DNA of 64,000 nucleotides from Bacteroidales bacterium (lineage in GTDB: Bacteria > Bacteroidota > Bacteroidia > Bacteroidales > CAIWKO01), in NCBI GenBank assembly GCA_023228145.1, contig JALOBU010000005.1, positions 5,573-69,572 on the forward strand, read 5' to 3'. Position numbers and translations under genes: made by a program. The notes under the pieces are model-generated. The model was not told the origin of the DNA. It made no database searches and saw nothing but the letters and a program-made list of their open reading frames with translations. Below are positions 39,341 to 46,475 of this stretch, in pieces. Every line of letters begins with the position of its first letter. The stretch's first letter is position 1.

Positions 39341-40204
39341 TCAATCCTTAACACATCGAACTGAATATGCAAAATCCCACATTGCCAGGCAGGTCCAGTC
39401 GAGGTAGCTGAAGCGTGAGTATAGTGTCAACGACCAGGAGGTTTGGGTGGCATTATAATCCGTGTCCTGCGTTGCACTCCACCAATAGCCATTTTCGCCT
39501 ATTTTGCTGTATGCCTTTGGTCCGCCCCGCCATCCGCCGGGCAGCGCAGAAAAACCGCTTTCATTATTCCCGTTGCCATCAGCCACTATGCAGTTTTTGG
39601 CCTGCCATGCTTTTTGTTTGGCGGTCAAAGAGTCATTTTCTACTCTGACAGCCCAGCCTGTGGCAGATTTAAGTTTCGCCGGCGCTTCCTTTTTTCCGCC
39701 CAAATGCTGAATCATCGCAATAAATTCCGCTTCGCTGGGCAAATGCCATCCGACAGGACAAACGGTTTTGGCCGTTTCCCAGTTATATAAATAGCCGTAT
39801 TTGGCTACGTTGGCCTCATTATCATCATAGGCCCAGCAGCCCTTGGTAGCTTTATAAGCCAGATTTTCGGCCATCCAGGTCTGGTTGCCAATAATTACCG
39901 TTTTATAGGTTTTACCATCGCGGGCATCAGTAAAAGTTCCGTTGGTATACCCCGGCAATACATCAAACTCATCACGGGTTCCGTTGGCATAGATGATGAC
40001 AGAGATTTCTGATTTTTGCAATGAGTAAGATGGGCCTTCCGGATTATCAAATCTTTTATACTTTATAACCTCGGTTTCAATTTCTTTGACATAGGCTTTG
40101 ATTTCATTCCCGTTTTTCAGGCGGATAACATCCTGCGAAAATGCCTTGGAAATTCCTGTGCAAACGATTAATATAACGCAAATCCATAAAAGTGTTGTTT
40201 TCAT
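39341..40204 (-). CDS. FISUMP-domain secreted protein with extra N-terminal domain; GC-rich relative to neighbours
   Basis: 287 aa with a signal peptide. The N-terminal ~70-aa module is VIRLKNGNEIKAYVKEIE...KYKR. FISUMP motifs follow: DARDGKTYKTVIIGNQTWMAENL, YGYLYNWE, CPVGWHLPSEAEF, FSALPGGWR, SVRCVKD. Confidence 0.88.
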   Translation of the reverse strand: MKTTLLWICVILIVCTGISKAFSQDVIRLKNGNEIKAYVKEIETEVIKYKRFDNPEGPSYSLQKSEISVIIYANGTRDEFDVLPGYTNGTFTDARDGKTYKTVIIGNQTWMAENLAYKATKGCWAYDDNEANVAKYGYLYNWETAKTVCPVGWHLPSEAEFIAMIQHLGGKKEAPAKLKSATGWAVRVENDSLTAKQKAWQAKNCIVADGNGNNESGFSALPGGWRGGPKAYSKIGENGYWWSATQDTDYNATQTSWSLTLYSRFSYLDWTCLAMWDFAYSVRCVKD

Positions 40205-40242
40205 TTTTTCAAGGTATTATGCATGTTTTGCAGTGCTAATTC

Positions 40243-40264
40243 TGCGAACACGCGCGTACTGGGG
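40243..40264. repeat. Right copy of 22-bp direct repeat flanking the FISUMP cassette
   Basis: tgcgaacAcgcgcgtactgggg matches 37039-37060 at 21 of 22 positions. Confidence 0.85.
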
Positions 40265-40333
40265 AAAAGAAAAAACATTTGCAAACGCAAACTCTACCCT
40301 TACCTATTGCCTTACACCCTCTACCCCCACCTT

Positions 40334-40747
40334 CTAACTCTTCTCAAAATACTCTTTGAGCTTCTGCCCAAAGATATCCACCATATTTTGCAGCGGCCGC
40401 GAGGCCATCATGCTTATCATGGGAGGCATTTCGTGTTCAAATATGAATTCCGTTTCTGTTTCTGTTTCACTTGTAGCATTGAGTAAACATACCAGCTCAA
40501 AAGTAAAAGGTATTTTCGTGCCGGTGTCAGGGACTATCCTTAATTTGGAATTTGGGATTCTTTCGGTCATTTTGAGAGCAAGGGAGCCCATGCCACTAAT
40601 GTCAAAACTGCAGGTGTCTCCTGTTGATTTCCAATTGCCGACCTGCTCGGGCATGAGGGTTTTAAAGTTGTTGAAATCGGAAAGAAAACCGTAGATATTT
40701 TCTGCCGGCTTATTGATTTTTGTTTTTTCACTTTTTATCTGTGCCAT
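40334..40747 (-). CDS. SRPBCC-fold (START/Bet v1-like) protein
   Basis: 137 aa. The N-terminus is typical of this family (I.S....I......IY.FLSDFNNF..LMP). It lies directly downstream of pyrE with a 1-nt gap. Confidence 0.65.
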   Translation of the reverse strand: MAQIKSEKTKINKPAENIYGFLSDFNNFKTLMPEQVGNWKSTGDTCSFDISGMGSLALKMTERIPNSKLRIVPDTGTKIPFTFELVCLLNATSETETETEFIFEHEMPPMISMMASRPLQNMVDIFGQKLKEYFEKS

Positions 40748-40748
40748 A

Positions 40749-41390
40749 TCACTTCCCCCATTTTTCGGGAGCTTCGCGCCATTTTGCCAGTTGCGGAAGG
40801 TCTCTTTCGTTTATATAATTGTTTTCCACAGCTTGCTCCAGCAAGGCGTTATAATGAGATAGGGTAAACAAGGGGCATTTTGCTTTAGCAAAACCTTCTT
40901 CAGCGACAGGAAACCCATATGTAAATATAGCGACCATGCCTTTCACATTACATCCTGCATTTCGCAGGGCTTCTACTGCTTTGAGGCTGCTGCCTCCCGT
41001 AGAAATAAGGTCTTCGATAACCACCACCGACTGTCCTTTTTCCACCACGCCTTCTATCAGGTTTGTAAGCCCGTGATCTTTGGGCGCCGAACGCACATAT
41101 GCTAAAGGCAATCCCATATCCTGTGCCACCAGCGCGGCATGAGCAATAGCGCCGGTAGCAACACCTACGATAACGTCCGGGCTACCGAACTCATCATTGA
41201 TAATACCGACAAATTGCTGGCGGATATAGGTGCGAACCGCAGGGTAAGACAAAGTTTTTCTGTTGTCGCAATATATCGGGGATTTCCATCCTGATGCCCA
41301 GGTAAATGGTTTTTGCAGATTCAGTTTTATTGCTTTAATTTGCAAGAGGTATTCTGCAGTTTTTAATAAAGCATCGCTGTATTTTTTCAT
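40749..41390 (-). CDS. pyrE: Orotate phosphoribosyltransferase
   Basis: The PRPP loop is VVVIEDLISTGGSS, and the N-terminal region is FTWASGWKSPIYCDNR. The ORF-track start at 41405 is TTG; I place the start at the ATG at 41390 (MKKYSDALL). Confidence 0.93.
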   Translation of the reverse strand: MKKYSDALLKTAEYLLQIKAIKLNLQKPFTWASGWKSPIYCDNRKTLSYPAVRTYIRQQFVGIINDEFGSPDVIVGVATGAIAHAALVAQDMGLPLAYVRSAPKDHGLTNLIEGVVEKGQSVVVIEDLISTGGSSLKAVEALRNAGCNVKGMVAIFTYGFPVAEEGFAKAKCPLFTLSHYNALLEQAVENNYINERDLPQLAKWREAPEKWGK

Positions 41391-41397
41391 GCGACAA

Positions 41398-42018
41398 ATG
41401 TACAAAGTTTACATGAACGACAAAGAAATTTTCTTCACAAAGAAGAAAGACATTGTTAATGAACATAATACATCACTTTTTCTGACCGACCCTGATATCA
41501 ATAGAATTAATAACAACATCATAGAATTTATTAGCGACAATAAAAACAACAAATTATATTTTGTTCACAGAAGCCCAAAAAAATTATTTAAAGCCTTTGC
41601 TAAAAAATATAAGATTGTGAAAGCTGCAGGAGGCATAGTAAGAAATAAGGATGACAGGATACTATTTATTTTCAGAAGAGAAAAATGGGATTTGCCAAAA
41701 GGCAAGGTCGATAAAAAAGAAACAAAAAAACATGCCGCATTACGCGAAGTAACAGAAGAAACGGGACTTGAAACGCTTGCAATTCTTCGGAAAACTGCTT
41801 GTACTTATCACACCTATACCGAAAAGGAAATACAAATACTCAAAAAAACATACTGGTATGAGATGTTTGCCGACAAAGATGAGCCCTTACATCCACAAGC
41901 AGAGGAAGATATAACAGAATTAAGATGGGTTTCCTCACATGAAATGAGTGATATCATCCGTAATACGTACCCTCTTATTAAGGACCTGATTAAGGAATTT
42001 GAAGAGATTGGAGATTAG
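41398..42018 (+). CDS. NUDIX hydrolase
   Basis: The Nudix box is GKVDKKETKKHAALREVTEETGL (Gx5Ex7REUxEExGU). The ORF-track start at 41263 lies inside pyrE on the opposite strand. Plausible starts are the ATGs at 41389, 41398 (MYKVYMNDKEIFF) or 41413; I chose 41398. Confidence 0.82.
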   Translation: MYKVYMNDKEIFFTKKKDIVNEHNTSLFLTDPDINRINNNIIEFISDNKNNKLYFVHRSPKKLFKAFAKKYKIVKAAGGIVRNKDDRILFIFRREKWDLPKGKVDKKETKKHAALREVTEETGLETLAILRKTACTYHTYTEKEIQILKKTYWYEMFADKDEPLHPQAEEDITELRWVSSHEMSDIIRNTYPLIKDLIKEFEEIGD

Positions 42019-42052
42019 AGATTGGAAATTTTAAATTGAAAGTTGTAAATTT
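42004..42052. repeat. Degenerating heptanucleotide tandem array (GAGATTG-type) across the NUDIX stop codon
   Basis: The units in 7-nt register are gagattg gagatta gagattg gaaattt taaattg aaagttg taaattt. Confidence 0.7.
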
Positions 42053-42359
42053 AAAATATTGTAAGAAGCGTTTTTTTATGCGATATTACTAACTATTTTG
42101 GTTGTTTTGTATTTTGTTTCTTCGCAGCCGTTTTTAGTAACCCGCCAACTGGTAGATACTCTTACTGACTACAAAAAAACACAAGCAGGAGTTTTTGATA
42201 CGTCAGCAAACCCCTTCGCCGCTATAAAAAAGCATCACTAAGGTTTTAAACACAAATTCGTCATTTAAAAATTTATTTCTAAAGACCGTCATTGAAAAAT
42301 TAATCATATAAGCGTAAGTAAATCAGCACATTGTAATGACGTTTCCGGGTAAAAACGAT

Positions 42360-44303
42360 TTATTCTCTGCAATGTTTATATAAAACATTGTAGGCTTCTT
42401 TTATGCCCAGTTCGCCGGCTTTGCTGATATCTGTACACCCTTTTTCTTTTTCGCCCAAAAACAAAAATAAAATTCCGCGGTTAAAATATGCTTCTGCAAA
42501 AGTTTTATTGTAAAATATGCTCACGGTATAGTCCAGCACAGCGCCACCAAAATCATTCAACACACATTTCACATAAGCACGGTTATAATAAGCAAAGCAA
42601 AATGTGCTGTTTTTTTCTATGGATTTTGAAAAATCCAGCAGCGACTGCAGGTAATAATTGTTGTCTTTTGTGCTTGCAGGCGGCATGAATAATTGCCTGT
42701 TAAGTTGTTCGTCTTCTTCGTGCCGGCCTAAGGCAAAATGCATATTTCCTTTAAAAAAATCAATCAGGTAAGCATAGGCAGAAGTATCACTGATTTGCGC
42801 CGAAGTATTCAGAAATTCTTTGTAATTTACCATGGAGCCGGCAAGAAGGCAATCCCAGATTTCACATACCTCCGAAGCAGAACCCGCAAGTACGATGGAG
42901 TCAATTTTTTTTCGTTCGTCAGGCAGTTTCTCAACATCCACAATAGCGCTCCCTGTTGTGAATATCCATTTGTACGCCATGGGTTTAATTTTATTGAGCG
43001 CCTCCAGTTCTGTATTGTAAATGTTATTAGAATGGACATTAATTTTTTCAGTAAGGCTGATGCTGAACAAGGGTTTCATGATTATTTCATAAGGCCTGAA
43101 CTGAATCTTGCCGCGCGTAGTATCAGTATTCTCAAACTCTGTCCTGAACTCAAAAAGTTTTTTAAATGAAGCTATCTCTTCCTCGCTATATTGTATGGAA
43201 TCATTCCTGGACATAAGCATTTCAGCCATTTTTTTATCTTCCAGGCTGGTTCTGTAATTCTTCACTTCCTGATAGGCAGCCGCTCTGAAAAAATAAGCGT
43301 AGTAGAATGCCGGATAGAGAGTGATTACCTTAGAATAGTCATCAATTGCGCCATAGTAGTCGTTCAACTGATGTTTTATCTGCGCCCGGTAAAAATAAGC
43401 AAAAAGATTATCAGAGTTCAGTTCTGCTACCCGGTTGAAATCTGAAAGGGCATCATAATATTGCTCATGCTCTGCATAAAGGCAGGCCCGGTTATAATAA
43501 CATTCTGCATTGAAAGGATTCAGTTCAATAACCTTTGCATAATTATGCAGAGCGTTTTCATATTCCTGCCTGCTATGGTAGTATGCTGCAAGATAGTAGT
43601 ATGCCATCACATTTAAGCTGTCTTTGGATACGACGAAATTGAAATCATCTCTCCCGCTCACAGAATCGGCCAGAAAAAGTTTAATCTGCCCTCGCAAAAT
43701 ATATGCATTGTAGTTTGCCGGCTCAATGGTAATGGCTTTGTTACAGTCAGCCAGTGCTTTTTCGTATTTTTTAACGCTCATAAACAGGATGCTCCGGTTA
43801 AGGTATGCGTTGACATTGGCAGGGTTAAGCAAAAGCGCCATATTAAAATCTTCGAGTGCATGGATGCTGTCCCACATTTGTGTCCGGGTGTAACCTCTTG
43901 CATTATAATAATCCGAACTGGAGCTGTTCAACGCAATGGCTTTGTCGAAATTTGATATTGCATCAAAATAATCATTTTGTAATGTTTTTATGATACCCAG
44001 ATAATAAAATGCAGGACTGAAGCCATGATGAATCCGGGTTGAGTTTTCAAAATCCGCCAGAGCGCCACGATTATCCCCTAATTCCATTTTCGCAATACCT
44101 CTGAAATAATATGCATGATGGTTTTCCGGCACCTCATCAATTATCTTGTTAAACAACAATATGGCTCCGGTATAATCGTTTTCCTGTATCCTCTCCTGCC
44201 CCTTCATCATATAGTGCTCAATATTGTACTGGGCATTAGCTGAAAGGCCTAATAATACTGTAAATGCAAAAAATAATAAAATATTTTTCTTGTAAAAATT
44301 CAA
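42360..44303 (-). CDS. Large TPR-repeat protein (secreted/periplasmic)
   Basis: 647 aa with a signal peptide. About ten consecutive TPR units span the N-terminal 370 aa (A..DF..A..L.P.N..AY..R). Two or three more lie at the C-terminus, around a non-TPR middle. Confidence 0.85.
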   Translation of the reverse strand: MNFYKKNILLFFAFTVLLGLSANAQYNIEHYMMKGQERIQENDYTGAILLFNKIIDEVPENHHAYYFRGIAKMELGDNRGALADFENSTRIHHGFSPAFYYLGIIKTLQNDYFDAISNFDKAIALNSSSSDYYNARGYTRTQMWDSIHALEDFNMALLLNPANVNAYLNRSILFMSVKKYEKALADCNKAITIEPANYNAYILRGQIKLFLADSVSGRDDFNFVVSKDSLNVMAYYYLAAYYHSRQEYENALHNYAKVIELNPFNAECYYNRACLYAEHEQYYDALSDFNRVAELNSDNLFAYFYRAQIKHQLNDYYGAIDDYSKVITLYPAFYYAYFFRAAAYQEVKNYRTSLEDKKMAEMLMSRNDSIQYSEEEIASFKKLFEFRTEFENTDTTRGKIQFRPYEIIMKPLFSISLTEKINVHSNNIYNTELEALNKIKPMAYKWIFTTGSAIVDVEKLPDERKKIDSIVLAGSASEVCEIWDCLLAGSMVNYKEFLNTSAQISDTSAYAYLIDFFKGNMHFALGRHEEDEQLNRQLFMPPASTKDNNYYLQSLLDFSKSIEKNSTFCFAYYNRAYVKCVLNDFGGAVLDYTVSIFYNKTFAEAYFNRGILFLFLGEKEKGCTDISKAGELGIKEAYNVLYKHCRE

Positions 44304-44473
44304 AATAACAGAGAAAATACGAGTGGATTAATTAGAGAAATAACAGCAAAAATAGCCTTTTATTGTTGTTTATTTATCAACAAATAAATGTTGACGTGCA
44401 TTTAAACACCCTATATAATAACACAATTTCAGTTTTTTTATTTTTTTGCTTTTTAAAAGCAAAAAAAATATAA

Positions 44474-44481
44474 TATATTTG
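44474..44481 (+). promoter_or_regulatory. TAnnTTTG -7 box for the 44509 gene
   Basis: tatatttg lies 28 nt upstream of the ATG. It is preceded by an AT-rich palindrome (ttttgctttttaaaagcaaaa). Confidence 0.45.
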
Positions 44482-44508
44482 TACCATAAACCAAATAAAT
44501 AATTAATT

Positions 44509-45843
44509 ATGAAACATTTAAAATTACTTTTTTTACTTCCGGCTTTCATATTGTTAGCCTGGAACACCTGGGGCCAAAACAAAACAACCTCAACAGTGAA
44601 TGATGCATTGGAACAGGAGTTTGCAGATATTACAACTTATGCCGGTGATACAGTAAGAATAGCTTTTAGATATGAAGGAAATTATGCACATGAAAGGTAT
44701 GTTGATGATATTTTGATAGAAGAAATACTCCCTCCTGTTATAAGCCCCGACAGCACAACCTTTGACCTCGCTTTTGCTGATGACGTTAACACCACCATAA
44801 CCTGGAATGCAGCAACAGCAATTACAACTATTGCTGACAACCAGCTTACGCCCTTTACACTTATAGAAGGTACTGACTTTGATGTCTCAGGTAATACACT
44901 AACCATATATAGTACTTATCTTGCCGCTGTGTTGCTCGCAGAAAATGACGAAATAATACTTAGCCTGTCTTTTGATGAAGGCACCATACTGAGTTTTACA
45001 ATTACAGCTATTCTGACCCCTCCACCTCCTGTGGTGATTGCCAACTGGAATTTTGAAAACAGCACCAAAAGAGAACTCATTACTGACGATGCTACATTTC
45101 TTTCCAATCCTTATACTGCCGATGACGGCATTACTTCCAACATTGATATTGCTCCAATAACTCTGGTTGGAGGAAGTGTTTTCGCCGGATGGGTAACAGG
45201 CGCTGGTGGAACAGGCACATACGCTGCTAACGCCGAGGCATGGAACGAAGGCACTGACACCAAATACTGGATGGTTACATGTAGCACACTTGGGTATGAA
45301 AACATTATATTAAGCTCAAAACAAAGAGGTTCAAATACCGGTCCCCGCGACTTCAAAGCACAATACAGTACTGATGGCACAAACTGGACAGATATTCCCG
45401 GTGCTACTATCACTGTTGGAGCAAACTTCACTTCCGGTGTCCTGAATGAAGTTCCTTTGCCTGTAGCATGTAATAACCAAAGTTCCCTTCAAATCAGATG
45501 GCTAATGACTTCAGAAACATCCGTTGCATCAGGCTCAGTGGGCGCCGGCGGGACTGACCGTATTGATGACATTTTGATTACAGGAACAGAAGTTAGTGTT
45601 TCTGTGGAAGAATTTTTATCAGGTTTTACGGTTTATCCCAACCCTTCAAACGGAAATTTTGTGATTGATGCCGATGATAATTTCCTGATGCAAATCACCG
45701 ATATAACAGGCAGAATTATTTCTGAGCAAATATTGGTAAAAGGCAAAAACACTATCAGTATGACGAATCAGGTTTCAGGCATTTATCTGCTTCGCCTCAC
45801 AAACAATAACAACACAAAAACGATGAAAATTATCATCAAATAA
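44509..45843 (+). CDS. T9SS-sorted secreted protein, function unknown
   Basis: 444 aa with signal peptide MKHLKLLFLLPAFILLAWNTWGQ. The C-terminus is a Por_Secre_tail (VYPNPSNGNFVIDA ... GIYLLRLTN). The middle region has jelly-roll-like ends (..IRWLM.....GGTDRIDDILITG). Confidence 0.85.
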   Translation: MKHLKLLFLLPAFILLAWNTWGQNKTTSTVNDALEQEFADITTYAGDTVRIAFRYEGNYAHERYVDDILIEEILPPVISPDSTTFDLAFADDVNTTITWNAATAITTIADNQLTPFTLIEGTDFDVSGNTLTIYSTYLAAVLLAENDEIILSLSFDEGTILSFTITAILTPPPPVVIANWNFENSTKRELITDDATFLSNPYTADDGITSNIDIAPITLVGGSVFAGWVTGAGGTGTYAANAEAWNEGTDTKYWMVTCSTLGYENIILSSKQRGSNTGPRDFKAQYSTDGTNWTDIPGATITVGANFTSGVLNEVPLPVACNNQSSLQIRWLMTSETSVASGSVGAGGTDRIDDILITGTEVSVSVEEFLSGFTVYPNPSNGNFVIDADDNFLMQITDITGRIISEQILVKGKNTISMTNQVSGIYLLRLTNNNNTKTMKIIIK

Positions 45844-45867
45844 ATTTTTGATTTGTTTTAAACAAGA

Positions 45868-45897
45868 AAAAGCCCGGATGATTCGGGCTTTTTTTTT
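45868..45897 (+). terminator. Rho-independent terminator
   Basis: The hairpin agcccg-gatgatt-cgggct (45871-45889) is followed by eight or more T residues. Confidence 0.85.
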
Positions 45898-45959
45898 AAA
45901 AAAAAGTCAGATTAAGAAACTGTTATGATTTTTTTAATAGCAAGCATAAATTTAAAATT

Positions 45960-46150
45960 TCACCTGTCAGACTGAGCCGAAACTCCTGAAACGACAGTAA
46001 AAGCAGTTTCGTGTCCCAGCCTGCCGGAGTACCCTGCATGCAGGTAGGTAAGTCGACCGTATGTTAATAATAAAAATACTCTTCCCTAAGAGCCCCACTT
46101 CGACAATCCCGATAAATCGGGATGCTCAGTGTAACTCGAAGTTTTTATAT
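45960..46150 (+). ncRNA. Candidate structured small RNA, class unknown (strand tentative)
   Basis: This is a GC-enriched island in a 630-bp ORF-free, AT-rich intergenic region. Nested complementarity: actgagc (45971-77) / gctcagt (46124-30); cgaaact / agtttcg (about 45978-46012); the palindrome ctgcatgcag; the hairpin cccgataaatcggg; and acttcga / tcgaagt followed by ttttt at about 46142. Confidence 0.35.
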
Positions 46151-46415
46151 CTGATTTTGATAGCAATAGTAATATATAAATTCAAAAACAAAAGAGTTTC
46201 TAAATATTAGAAAAAAACCTATTGAGTAATTTGGGTTAATACAATTACTTGATATAATTTAACCCATCTTTATATTGTATAATGCCGATAGAGTAACTGT
46301 TATAGTACAATTTATTGGACTATTACAGATACCGTATCGGTATAAAATATTTTATTTGAATAATTTTGCTTAGGCTTCATCCTTAGTTTTTTTATCTTAA
46401 CTGGCTCCGCCAATT

Positions 46416-46451
46416 TGTAAAAAAGTAAAGGCACGAATCTCTCCGTGCCTT
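46416..46451 (-). terminator. Terminator hairpin downstream of dcp
   Basis: The hairpin is aaggcacg (46428-35) / cgtgcctt (46444-51). On the minus strand it is followed by tac + tttttt. Confidence 0.65.
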
Positions 46452-46475
46452 TTATCTTTGAAATAATTGAAAATG

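Noticed and set aside
39415-39790. Three overlapping + strand ORFs inside the third FISUMP gene
   Set aside because: They are a by-product of locally high GC, which leaves few stop codons. The minus-strand translation carries the complete FISUMP signature.
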